The notes beneath the pieces were generated by a model. It worked only from the letters and a program-made list of their open reading frames with translations, was not told the DNA's origin and searched no databases. A stretch of 63,094 nt of DNA, filler included, from Pelomyxa schiedti (taxonomy: Eukaryota > Protista > Evosea), in NCBI GenBank assembly GCA_020536535.1. It is 15 parts of 15 records of this genome, joined end to end, with 100 filler letters (N's around TTAATTAATTAA, not from the genome) between each part and the next. Parts side by side here need not be neighbours in the genome. Positions count along the whole stretch, not along the records: positions 33,748 to 38,778 come from JAHLWZ010001528.1; positions 38,879 to 41,796 come from JAHLWZ010001856.1; positions 41,897 to 50,570 come from JAHLWZ010000723.1; 12 more parts are not named here. One strand, given 5' to 3'. The stretch's first letter is position 1; each line of letters begins with the position of its first letter. Shown in pieces: positions 35,581 to 48,200 of this stretch. The translations under genes were made by a program, and so were the position numbers.

Positions 35581-37077
35581 ATGGCAGGCAATCGCCGGGT
35601 GAACAAGCACCAACAACAGAATGATGCTTCGTCGTCCCAATCCCAATCGGTACAGTCTCCCAACGCCAACGCACCACCCCAACAGCAGGCGACACCGACA
35701 ACAACAGCTGGCTGTGGTACTCCCATAATGGCCCCTGCGCTGTCTCCCCGGTCCAACAGCCCGGCCCCGCCCCAGCTCACAGCACCCACCCCTCCCACAA
35801 TCACAATCACAACGCCACCTACCCAGCCCGATGTCCAGCAACAACAGCCGCAACCGTCGCCGTCGCACGAGGCAACACCAACGTCGACGCCCATAATCCC
35901 AAACGAGAACCAGCAACAGCAGCAACAACCGCAGTTCTCGGGCTTCACTCAAGCACTGATGATGGTACCCAGCAACAGCATTGTGGGATGTCTGTGTCAA
36001 AAACCCCAGCTGCCACCAACCCCAGACACGACGGCGACCCATAATGCCACCACCGCGTGCACCGAGGGCACAGTTATATTCCCACAGTGTCAGGAACAAC
36101 AAGGTGCCGGTGGCGAGACTGTTAAAGGAAATTCTGTCAATTCTGTAAATGGTGGTGCTCAGTCACAAAGTTCGATATCCACGACGAATACTAGTACTAC
36201 TACTACTAGTAGAAAAGGTGACAAGGCCGGCAAGTGGAACACAGAACGTATGTGTATCATTAAGAGGATATACATTGCGAGGGAGTCAGCTAACTAAATA
36301 ATAATAACACTTGCATGAAATGATGGATTGTGGGATACTAGAACGATGCTAAAATGGGTTCACTTACACTTATCAAACTTATCTTTTGCAGCTACACCAC
36401 CTACTAGTTGTGAGAAGGAGGAGGACGATGACGAAAGCGAACCTGATTCCAAATTGTTTCCACCGTCATCTATCAAGCCAGCCAAATCCCGGCGGTTCCG
36501 CGGGCAGCAGAGCGAGATATTTGCCGCACCGGCCACCGTTGAGGGAAAGAGGAAGCAGATAGTCCAGAACGACCGCGAAATTGCAGAACTCCGCAAGAAG
36601 ATTGCACAGGTGAAGGCCGCAAGAGATGCCAAGGTGGCAACTGGAGGCGTATTTACTGCTTCAGGTGGAGTGGTCACTTCCCCAAGAAAGTATAATGAGG
36701 ATGATGATTACGAGGAGGAAGAGGAAGAAGAAGGTGCAAGTCAACCTCATTCAAAGAAAAGCCGGACTCAGTTTGGGTATGTACAGCTTCGTCTAATTTT
36801 AAGAATTCATCTCAAGCTATTCTAGGAGGTACTGGTCCATGCCGGAGCATGAAAGGTTTCTCAAATGGCTTTTGGATAACAAAACATATGCTGTGGCTGG
36901 ATTGGACATTGATGCCATGTCGGATTATGTACAAACGCGTTCCCCTGTTCAATGCCGAACACATGCACAGAAGTACTTGCTTTTTCCTTCCTTTATTTCA
37001 TTCTCATTTGAAATAGGTTTTTCACAGCAGTGAAGAATGTATCACCCATTACAGAAAAAAAAAAATTGATTTACTAA
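35581..37077 (+). CDS. SHAQKYF-class Myb transcription factor with Q/P/T-rich N-terminus
   Basis: YWSMPEHERFL...YVQTRSPVQCRTHAQK|FF. Confidence 0.8.
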
Positions 37078-37308
37078 AAACTTTCAGAATAAAGTCATGG
37101 ATCCCAGAGATGAGTGAACTACATGCACTTTCTCCCTAATTCATGCAACGGGTGTGGCCAAGGCTTATTTACATAAGTTCTTCTTCTTGACAGACCGTCG
37201 CTCATCCTGTAGTAGTATCAGTAGTTTCAAGAGAATACTTCAAACAAGAGCAAATACCAAAAAAAAATAAAACAAAATTCCTTGTTCCTCAAAATTACTT
37301 CTTAGTTA

Positions 37309-38778
37309 TTAGTCTCTTGATTTTCTAATATGCTTGGTGTTGAAGTTGTCATATCTGTTGCCGCTGCCAGTGGGACTGTACGGTGATAGTTGCGCGAGTT
37401 GCGCCGGTGAAGCAGACCTCTGCAATCCCGACGCAGGTGTCAGCACCGGAGACAGTGACACGTTCCGGTTCTGGTTCTGCTGAGCTTGCGCCGAGAGTGT
37501 TGGTGATGACGGTGACGGCGAGAAGCTCCGCGGCGGCGTCGTGGTGGCGTTGGCATTGGCCGCAGTGGTAGTGAATGGTGCGAGGAGGGTCTGCTCGAAT
37601 GTCTTGCTGAGAGTGGCCGGGACCGAGGCCGGCGGCGTGGGGCCCAGCGCGGGGGACTTGAGCTGGGTCGCGGGCTTCTGGGTCCCCGGGGGCATCACGG
37701 GGGTCGGGCCGGCGGGGCACGTGTGCGGGGTGGAGGGCAGCGGCGGGGACTGGGCGCGGGACAGCGGCGGCGACGTGGAGCGCTCCCCGCCCGAGGCGTA
37801 GAAGAAGTGCCTGGGCGCCGGGGTGGTTATCTCGTGGGCGATGCCGATTATCGTGGGGCTGATGACCACGCCCGAGGTGTCGCCGTCAGGGGGCGGCTGG
37901 GGCTCCGGGTCGTTGTTGTCCGCGTAGTCGTCGATGTCGTCGGGGGGCGGGGGCGGGAGAGGGGGCTCGAGCGTGGTCTTTGGGGGGCTCCTCTGTGTAT
38001 CATTATTAGGACACTTGCTGTTGTTGTGAGATACCTGGCCCTGTGGCTTTCGCTTTACCTGTTCTTCGGATGGAAGAGACAGCATTGACCTCAGGGAGTT
38101 GATCACTCCTTTGGATTTGTGGTAGCGTGCAAGTGCATCATCCCTGGCGCCTTCAGCTTTCTTGAGCTTATCGGCTATCTCCGCTTTTTCTCTTTTTAAT
38201 TGCCTGATCTCTGAATCTAATAAGAAAATAGTACCCACCGTGAACCTACCTTTTCTTTGGGATTGTACCGTCGCTTCAAGTTGGTCGATTTTTGCTTGTT
38301 GTGTCTGTATGTTGATACTGAGCATAGAAAAAAATAAGCGAGGCCATACATCGGGATCCACTTTCAGAAGTAGTCTGCTGTTCTGGATTGTGTTATTCAG
38401 GTGTTGTTTTTCGATAACTTTCTCAGGGCATAGAGGTTCGGTGTGATCCATTGGGGATGAGGAAACGAGATATCGACTGGCGTGAGGTTGAATCAGATCA
38501 TTGATTGACTTACTCTTTGTCTTTCGTTGAAGGTGTTGATGTGCTGCAATGGGAGGCGGGGAAGAAAACGGCTCTTCAGAGCCATCAAATGTTTCATAAT
38601 CAGCAGGAGAAACTATGGGGGCATTTCGCCCACTGTCTTCAGCCACATCATTGGTGCAAGCTCTGACCAGTCGGTTGATGTTTGGTGATTGGGTGTATGT
38701 TGCAAGACTGTTAACACTCCTGCTCTTTCTGATAGGAAATGAGTCGTCCTCCTGTATCTATATTTGTAAGTAATTTTG
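37309..38778 (-). CDS. Coiled-coil and proline-rich unknown protein, 5' truncated
   Basis: 445-codon ORF with short in-frame introns. Confidence 0.6.
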
Positions 38779-38878
38779 NNNNNNNNNNNNNNNNNNNNNN
38801 NNNNNNNNNNNNNNNNNNNNNNTTAATTAATTAANNNNNNNNNNNNNNNNNNNNNNNNNNNNNNNNNNNNNNNNNNNN

Positions 38879-39173
38879 GCAAAACCTTCGCCGCCGCGGC
38901 GTCGTTCATCGATGCCATCTGGTTACGAGCAGCGAATCCAAACGCAACAACCTCGTGCGTGTCTTTGGTAAGTATGATCTCGGTGGAAGTCTTTGGGTAG
39001 CCCCCGGGAGTCTGAGGCCACGGCGGGTTGTCGTACACCTCCCCTGGGTTCTGGGTGTACAGCCACGCAAACCCAGTCCGCGCGGTTCCGAAGTCGACAG
39101 CGCATATCACTGCGTATTTGCTCCAAGAGCTGCTGGTGGATGTTGTCGAGTTTGCAGGAGTGGAGGCCGCCAT
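38879..39173 (-). CDS. HSPA12-like atypical Hsp70, 5' end
   Basis: VICAVDFGTARTGFAW...PW...YPKTSTEIIL...AFGFAA is the HSPA12-type N-terminus; canonical DnaK/Hsp70 has GIDLGTT. Confidence 0.8.
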
Positions 39174-39329
39174 CTTGGTTTGTTGGGGTTTTCTTGGTGT
39201 TGTTTTTGCTTTTTGGTTGTTCTACAACCACCAAGAATTTGGAAGGCAAGTTGGAAAAACCTTGTTGGTTCTTAACTTAGACTGGTGGCCGGCACACAGA
39301 ATGACCAAAAAAACAAAAAAAAAAAAGGT

Positions 39330-41280
39330 ATGTCGGGGACGTTGCCGTACGTCACCGGTTCCTCGTCGGTTGTTGCACACAGAGTGTGTTTACCGACAGG
39401 CAGTGTAAGTAATGTGATGGAAGTCGACCCTAGAACCGGGGCCTTCAGTAATAACCTGGCACTCCAAATAGACGATCAGATGAGCACTATATCCAGGCTC
39501 CAGGAGCAAGTCAAGGCAGAAACAAGACAGCTGGAGCACATCAAACAGCTGAATAATACCGAAAGGCAGACAATAATTTCCAGGGCAGCTGATGAGGCGA
39601 GGGAGCAATGTTGGGCCGCACTTCAGGGAGAATTCCGCCTCAAGGAGCAACAAATACTGTCCCTTGAGAAAGAGAAGACAGAATTGCTCTGTCAAGTACA
39701 AACTCTCAAAGCTCAACAACAAGTGGGCATTGATCGCCAGTCGCAATTAGACTTGCAGGAGAAAGTGCTGAAGGAATTAATGCAAGCTCTGGATGACAGA
39801 CGCTCTGCGATCGAGGGATACTGTAGCAAATTTTATAGCGACCTATCCACGATCCAAGATCAAGAACGGAGACTGGAAGAACAAAATCAAGTATATGCAG
39901 CTTTGATAGAAGAGCATTTTGTACAAGATGCAGCTCCGGGTACCGGAATGGATATGAATAAGGAAAAGGAGCACCTTCGCGATCGAGAAGATGCTATTAC
40001 CAGAAAAGAAGCATCAATGAATGAAAGGGAAGAAAAGTTAAAGCAGCGAGAGTGTATGTGCGCATCTAGGGAGTCGGTCCTTAAAAAGAATGAGGACACT
40101 CTCCGACAGAAAGAGGCTCAGTTGAGACAGGCAGAACTAGCCCCTGCATCTCCTCAAGTCTGGAAACAACTAGTGGATAGTATGCAACTTCAAATTGGTA
40201 ATATGCAACTTCAAATTGGTAGTATGCAACTGCAAGTTGGAAGAATGAAGGAACATGATTCCTTCTTGGAAGAAATATCTAGAACAAAAGAACTCAGGTT
40301 GCAGCTCGAAACAGCCCGACAGCGGGTATATTTTTCAGTTCTCTGAAACCCCCTCATTCACGAATAGATATCAACAGTTGAAATCGAGAAAGCAAAACTT
40401 GAGGATGAAGTACGCCAAAAAAATAAGGTCAATCTCCCGTTTTTCCTACTATGAAGTCACACTCAAAGGCTCACTGGGACTTGGAACAAAAAGTTTCTGA
40501 GCTTGAAAAGCGTCTCAGAGAGACAACAGTTCCCCTTGTTCAAGGCACTGCCTCCTCCATAACCAACGGCTTTCCACTTTTACATGAGATTCTGAGGTCC
40601 TACAAAGAATTTCGGGATACAGTTTGTCTGCACTTCTCATATTTCCTTTATGACTTCCGCCAAGGAGTTGGCAAATTTCGTGTGGGACAAACTTCCATTA
40701 TATCGAAATTTCCAGACACCAGAGCTACAAGCACAATTCTGTTACCAGCTTGTTCATTACAGTGAGGAGTTGGTGGTGAAAGAAATATGTAATATCGAGA
40801 AAAGAGTGCTTGCAGCATTTACTTCTACTGCACTGGACCCATTTACTCAGAACTTTCTGCTAGAGTATTATCGACGAAACTACAAGAAACTGTTTAACAT
40901 CCCTCACATGAGTCGTGAAGTTTGTCGAGTTCTGAATATGAATTACTACTCCGGCCCCAAAACAGACTTAGGTGATGTGACTCGAATTGCCGACTCAGCT
41001 CTGAATATGATGGTTTTGGTTCACATTTCAAATATCGAAATCACCCATGTTTGGAATGGAGTTGGAACTCAATTTGATAAAACCACAATGGAGAAATTCT
41101 ACACAGTATGGAGATACTTCATTTTGTTTGAACGTGTGACTAATTTTATTTCAGCAAGAAGAGGACCTGAACAACCCCACAAAGGGCTACTACGCAAGTA
41201 TGGTCGTTTTGCCAGCTGTTTTCTCTGGCGACCACCGGGAGCTCAAAGCCACTGTTATTGTAAAACCTAAAATGTGGTAG
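39330..41280 (+). CDS. Long coiled-coil protein with GrpE/MIEAP-like C-terminal domain
   Basis: About 350 aa of heptads. Spliced C-terminus reads MMVLVHIS...VGTQFDKTTMEKFYT|QEEDL...SMVVLPAVFSGDHRELKATVIVKPKMW*. Confidence 0.65.
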
Positions 41281-41355
41281 CCCAAGTTGAGCTGGGTTTT
41301 CACGCACAAAAGAAAAACTGTTTTGTTATTTATTCTCTGAGCAAAAACTCAAACG

Positions 41356-41796
41356 ATGCATCGCACTCGAAGCACCAACAGTGGGCCAGCAGTTGAAAAT
41401 GACAGCAAACTTGCAAGGAAGAAACCTTCTTCCCGAGTTCAAGAGAAGGCAAACGAGCAACTAGTAACCAGGAAAACTGCAACAACGGCCCCGTCAGGGG
41501 CACCACAACCAGCCTCGCCGTCTGCATCCACAACCACAACCACCTGCGTAACTGGGGGAAGCTCGGCCACTTCCACGTATACGTCTCCGCCACGCGCGGC
41601 CCCCAGCGTCGTGGTCGTGTTCAAGCGCGCAGACCCTGTTGTCGATGGCGAAGACCATTCGGCGCGCGACGCAAGGCGTTCCTCGCATGGCCGAAGGGAG
41701 TTCCGAAGAGAGGCAGCAGCCTCACCATGGGCACGGCGGTAACGGCACGGAAGAGGGGGACCGCGAAAGACTTGCTCTGGCGCAGACTGCAGAGCA
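41356..41796 (+). CDS. 5' end of an unknown low-complexity protein
   Basis: GC-rich ORF starting at an ATG near the contig end. Confidence 0.3.
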
Positions 41797-42019
41797 NNNN
41801 NNNNNNNNNNNNNNNNNNNNNNNNNNNNNNNNNNNNNNNNTTAATTAATTAANNNNNNNNNNNNNNNNNNNNNNNNNNNNNNNNNNNNNNNNNNNNGGCC
41901 AGTTAATCAATAACAAACAATTTCGGGCTAGCAACTGAGGGAGGGGCACGAGACCCACCGGGGCTTGTTTCTGAATAACCACGAAAAAAATAACAAATAA
42001 CAATTAAACACTAATCACG

Positions 42020-43703
42020 ATGTCGACCAGCGAAGGTTGGTGGCCAACTTGTCCGTGTCTCGTTGCGGGGGGTGAATGGCTAGCGCTAACTCTTTCTTTT
42101 AGCAGCAAGGAAAAGGGCACCTGAGGAGACAATCAATAAGGAGAGTGTACCTTCTATTCTGGCTACTGATTCGGTGTGTAAATGATGCTGTTGGTTTTTT
42201 TTTCCCCCCTTACTTTTATCATTCTTATGTAATTTGCAATAGTAACTGAGATACAACATATATTAACTTTTGCAAAAACCAAAAAAAAAAAAAACATAAA
42301 TAAAATAAAATAAACAGGCCAAGAAGGACAGTGAAGCAAACAAGAAACCAAGAACAACTGAGTCTGAGGTTTCACCGTGTTACAAGCCGGTTTCACCGTG
42401 TTCCATGCCTGCTTCACCGTCTTACAAGCCTGCCGAGGCAAGCAAGAGTGATGCCCAATCTTGTGAAAAGACAACTGAAGCGGAAAAACCAACTACCCCT
42501 ATCAAGGTTTGTTCTCATCTTCATTGAAAGTGTAACAGTGATCTAATCTGGTGTAGCCATCCTTCACGTTTGGTGACGGGACCAAGCCCTTGGATTTTGG
42601 AAACCTATCGTCCCTTCAACCGAATCCTAGTGGATTTGTCTTCCCTAATATGCCCCCATTTGGTTCCCTGGCTACCCCATCCGCCTCCGCATTTCCTTCA
42701 ATCCCACCACCGAACTTTGGATTACCGGCGGGCGGATCTTCTTTATTCTCACTTCCACCAGGCGGCCAACCTGTGCTTCCGTTGTTTACACCTTTCTCTG
42801 TACCTGCATCTCACACAGGCGAGGAGGAAGACGATGTGGTGAGTTTCTCCTAAAACTCTTACAAACAGCTTATATCCCTACTAGGAGAAGGAGGTGCCAA
42901 TATCTTCTTCCGACGAGAAATCTGCAACTGTACTAATTCCAAAGGATCAACTTAAAACTGGTGAGGAGGGTGAAGAGCTGGTATTCAGTGCCCCAGCAAA
43001 ATTGTGGAGATTAAATACTGCTGCCTGGAGCGAAAAAGGTACCGGTACCTTGAGACTCCTTAGAGACTCTGACGCAAACAAATTCCGACTCTGTAAGTTT
43101 CTTTTTTATTTGTAAGGTGGATTCACTCTCCAATAGTGTTGCGAGCCGAGTCAACCCTTCGTACCTTACTCAACATGCCTATTTTCTCAGACATGGAATG
43201 CGAGTTAGCAAGCCCCAAGTCAATAAAGGTGTCTTCCTTGGAACCCGGTGACAATGGCAAAATCGGAGCTGTTTTGTACCTTCTGAGAGTATGCTCCTCC
43301 ATTTCTCACTTTGAAAAAACACACTCACTAACCCCACCGTTCTCAGTTGGATGCTCCCGACAAGGCCCGGGACCTCTTTGCCTCACTTCAGAATGCAATG
43401 ACAGCACCCCCCAAAACACCCACAAAGCCACAAGAAAAGCCCGCAACAACATCAACATCAACATCCACATCCACATGCACTACTCCTTCAAAGCCCGAAT
43501 CCAAAACAGCCCCTGCTGAGAAAGAGAAAGAAAAAGAGAAAGAGCCAACACCATCCAAACCTGAAACACATCCAACTCCCCAAAAACCCACAGCTACAAC
43601 CACAACCACAACCACCACACCAACAAAACCCACAACAACAGAAACCAAACCAAGTGACCCAAAGTCCTCTCCCTCAAAGGGAACACCAGATAAGAAAGAA
43701 TAA
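42020..43703 (+). CDS. NUP50: Nup50/Nup2-like RanBD nucleoporin
   Basis: N-terminal RKRAPEETINKE, FG/FxF-rich middle, RanBD TGEEGEELVFSAPAKLWRL...WSEKGTGTLRLL. Confidence 0.65.
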
Positions 43704-43827
43704 AATGAAGAACCCTTCCCTCATCACTAAAAACAGTTTGTTTTTGTTCCTTTTTAGCAGCAAGAACACAATTTACATTTAGTGGGTGGTAATAGCTTGT
43801 AACTGTGCTATGAAGGTTGGAGGGAGA

Positions 43828-44966
43828 CTAAGACCTTTTCTTAAGAGCATCCAAACGGGCTTGCAAAGCGGCATCAATGTCACCACTGTCACCATCCCCA
43901 TCATCAGGGTCAGTGGGTGTGGGTTTGGGTGCCGCTGAGGAAGCAGAAGCTCCTCCGGTTTTCCTGGGAGGAGCGGCTGCGGTGGAGGAGGAGGTTGTTG
44001 AAGTGGTTGAGGATGGGCCCCCAGAGGTGGCCGCAATTGCTTTGGTTCTTGTGGGTGCCGTTGTGGTGGCAACTTTGGTTTTGTCCGTGGGTACATCAAT
44101 GCCATCAAGATTTATCCCTATTTCATCCAGTACCTTATCTACAATCTCTTGTGTTTGTTCCTCCTCCTCCTCGGCATTAGTGGCCTGCAAAATGTTAGTA
44201 CCAATGAAAAAGAAAAAAAAAAAACAAACATCCGACAAAGCATCACCCATCATCTCTTGTTGCATTTCCATAAGTTCAGATTGTTTTGCTTTTTCAAGTT
44301 AAGATACCATAAAAGTGGGCAAGGGACATACCGAATTCTACCATAATTTTTTGCAGGGACGGCAAATTGATTTGTTTGTTCATTATAAACATAGCCTGTG
44401 ATAATCGTTTTAATTAACTGATGATAAGGGTATCAATATCTTACCTTGGCTGCACCCTTCATTGCATCTGTCATGGCAGCAGTGGATTTGAGTGTCGAAA
44501 GACGCAAACTGACGGTAGTCAATTGGGCTTTCATTTCATACATCTTGATGATGTGAAAAAATTGTGGAATTAAAGCAACAGAGAAACCTTGGTCACTTGA
44601 GCCCTCGTGCGAACCAAGTCCCTGGCCATAATTCGCACTGCCCCCTTGAGGGGAAAAAAAAAGAGCATAAGTGGTGATTAGTTGTTGTAGGTTAGTGTAT
44701 AAGAACCATTTGGTTCTGATTCGCCAGTTTCTTAATCTCGATGACTGTTTTCTTCTCTTGCAACTGTAGTGCGGCTATTTCCTTCTCAATATCGCGCACG
44801 CTGTGAGTTATTGACCTTTGTTGCTCCCTCAGTAACTCTAAGTTACCCCATATTAAAAAAAAAAAAAGAAACAACCAGAAAAAAAATAGAAAAACCACTA
44901 CAACTACAAACACAACGACATTATAATACCCTTGGGTGTCTTCTTCTTCCCGAATATAAGATCCAT
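43828..44966 (-). CDS. VPS2: ESCRT-III subunit Vps2/CHMP2
   Basis: MDLIFGKKKTPK|ELLREQQRSI...MARDLVRTR...INLPSLQKIMVEF...VDKVLDEIG...LQARLDALKKRS*. Confidence 0.92.
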
Positions 44967-45214
44967 AGCGTGGTGTGTCTGTTTTTCTGTTGTTGTTTGT
45001 TCTTTTGTTTTGATCTACCAAGTGGCAAACGTCTTCTGAGGACCCTTGTGATCGAGACCACGCTCTGATTTACAAAATTTCTGTACTCCCCATTCCTACC
45101 GACGTGGAAGCAGGTGGCCCAGCTATCAGAGAGTAGAATCCGTCAGATCCCCAACAGACAAGAGATAAAAATAGGGCGAAAAAAATCTAAAAAGCAAAAG
45201 AAAACAATTAAGAG

Positions 45215-48200
45215 ATGGCGGCACGACCCACGCTGTTTCGGTACCCCCTCCCTGCACCCTTTCGTTTTTTCGTTTTCGATTTCGTACCGTTGTGGGTCGT
45301 TTCGTAATAATTTTCCTCAATACACGTCATCGTAGGAGCAACTCCATTGAGGAGACATACGAAGAGGCACAGAGGATCCTAAACGTGGACGCTTATTGGA
45401 AAAAATCAACTGTATCGCGGCCCTCCTCAAACTTACTTTTTTTTTTTTTTTTTGTTTGTTTAATTGAATGCTTGTTGTTGTTTTTATGTTTGGGTAGTGC
45501 TTGTTTAGAGCAAACTTGAGTGGGCGTAACGTTAACATTTCACAGGAACGAGAGAAGTACATTCTAAGTTCAGACGATGAGGAGGAAGAGGCTGAATCCA
45601 AATCAAAAGGCAAAGAGGAAAAGAAAGGCAAAGAGCCTGATGCCAAGAACACTCCCGTGAAAGGGAAGAGAAAGAGCAAAGCAGCCGACGATGACGACGA
45701 CGAGAAGGAGGAAGCAAGTGGCTCCAATGAAGATGAGGACATTGAGGAAGAAGAAAACGAAGACGATGATGATGGGGCAAAGACCAAGACTCCTCGCAAG
45801 AAGGGCAAGGCAACGCCAAAAAAGAAATCAGTAACGCCGAGGAAAAGCACACCCAAAAGGAGGGGCCCCAAGAAAGATGACTCGGACAAGGACGAGGACT
45901 TCAAGCCTGAAAAAAAGAAATCCACTCCAAGAAAGGCAAAGTACACGCCAAAGAAGAAAACGGCGAGGAAGACACCTATCAAAGTCAGTGCTGCCAAGAA
46001 CTTGAGTGTTGCTTCTTCTTGGAAGAAAGACGCTTGTTTTGCAAGCACAAAGGAGAAGCGTGCGGCGGCAGTATCCGCGGCCCGTGCTAGTATGCCAATC
46101 GACGACTCTGTGTGGAAGAGTTCCCTTGCTCCACATAAGATAAGTGTGTTGTATCTGTCTGAGGAACGCACTGAAGAATTCGATGTTTGTGCAGTAAGTT
46201 CCCTTGTCGTTTCTTGCCGTTAAATGATGTACCTTCGCTATGCAGAGTACAACACTTCTTGCTTTCTTCCAAATGCTAGAGAGTACATTTACTGTGCAAG
46301 TAAAGAAAGCCCGCATAGTTGTTCAAAGTCCTGCTGATGGTTCCTATATACAGGTAAAAAACCTAATTACAATCTCCACGTCTTATTGGGAACAATAGTT
46401 TGACGGAATTGATGCCGTTTCAGACCCTGCCACGGGCTCTCGTGTAATTGGAACCATTGGTGTAAAGCCTGGTGATACCATAAGACTTATTTCTATGATG
46501 TACTCCTTCCCAATGGAGGGAAGCAACATTGCTGCGTCCAAGAGTATCAATGTCGCTGTTTTCGATTTGTATGTGGCTTTTTTCTCGAATTGGCAATCTT
46601 ACTTCCCCCAAGGTTCTGGGGCTACCCATCCTTTAAGAGAGACTTCCTTGATGGTAGCTGCTTATGGTTCAATAAGAGCGGCGACTTTTTGGGGTATTTT
46701 CTAACATCCATGCCGCCACTTCTTATAACAACATTAGGGTGGTTAATTTTGCGCAGCAGCCTAATGACTGCCCCGTTTCTGTATCGCTCTCCTCCATATT
46801 TTCTTTCATCAACACAAAAACAGCACAGCGGGGATATTATGAACGACGCCAGTAGGCAGGGACACCATACAATCAAGGTACTAGAACCTCTCTCTTTCCT
46901 TCTGCCTAAGTTTTGTCTAGGTGGACTTGCGTAGAGTCACAGCTGACATGCATACTTTCTACTTTGTTCTTAGTGCATACAATTCTAGTTATGTCAGTGC
47001 TTTCCGTAACCCCACTGTAATGCTTTTTGATGAGTGAGTGCCAACATGATCACCAACCAATTTCAAGCCATCTAATAATGTACAGGCGAGACAAGAGTGA
47101 GGAGCTATGCCCTCCCTATGTGAAGAAATTTTCCTCCGATGCACAATCACTTATTCTGTGTGCTCTGACCAGAAGTGTATCCATGGAGGGTAACTGGGAT
47201 GTTATTGCTCTCGGGAAAACCTGTGCCGGAAATGTACCTTCCTATACTCTTGAATTCCAACCAAAGTGTTGCCTTGNNNNNNNNNNNNNNNNNNNNNNNN
47301 NNNNNNNNNNNNNNNNNNNNNNNNNNNNNNNNNNNNNNNNNNNNNNNNNNNNNNNNNNNNNNNNNNNNNNNNNNNNAAACAAAACTTTTGTCTGTGCACA
47401 TGAAAATAAGAAAAAAAAAACAAAGGGTCCTTCTTGATGGTAGATAGATACAGGCATTTGTTCCATAAACACAGAAAATATGCTCACCACAGCTATTTTC
47501 ATTCTTTTCACAAGTTTAACTGCAAGTACTAGAGAAGGATTGATAAGTGTAACGAGAAAAATGTTGGAGAATTACATAGTTCCAAAGAGAGCCCGATTTG
47601 TGACTTCTCTCAGCTTCGATTTTGGACAACCTCTGGATATCGGCTGCACTGAAGTGCAATAAACTGGAAATGACTGGGCAAAGGTTCTAATTTGTAAGAT
47701 TGTCAGTCCGGGAGTAAGTTATCTGGAGTCCTTGAATAAACCTGATAGTCATGTGTTTCCATATACTGCGGGAGAATTTAAACGTCATAATGGAGGGGGT
47801 TGTGGTAGCTTACTTTCACAACAACATTCTTTATATACTCCAGGTTAGCTGGAGAAGATCCTACCTGTGCATCTAATTGCCGGATTTGATCCTTTAGCGT
47901 TCTATCGGAAATGAGAAGTAAACAGAAGGAGTGGTGAAAGTACTTTTCTTGCATTATGTGTAGGTCCAACAGCCGCTTCATATCTGCCAGTTCGTCTTCT
48001 AATTCCTTACTTGCCTTCAGCGGAATACTCAGGGACATTTATACCTTGACTGTCATCTTGAGGCGAACCATATCGCTAAGTCTGTTTGACTCGATTTTAC
48101 TGTGCAAGATTGATTGCTGTGCCATTTGATGTTGTTCTGCCTGGATTTGATCGGTTCTCTCGGATAAGGTGATGTCTGCTAGAGTTATCTAAAGTGGTGG

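Noticed and set aside
40182-40244. 21-bp triple repeat MQLQIGN/MQLQIGS/MQLQVGR
   Set aside because: Simple heptad duplication within a coiled coil.
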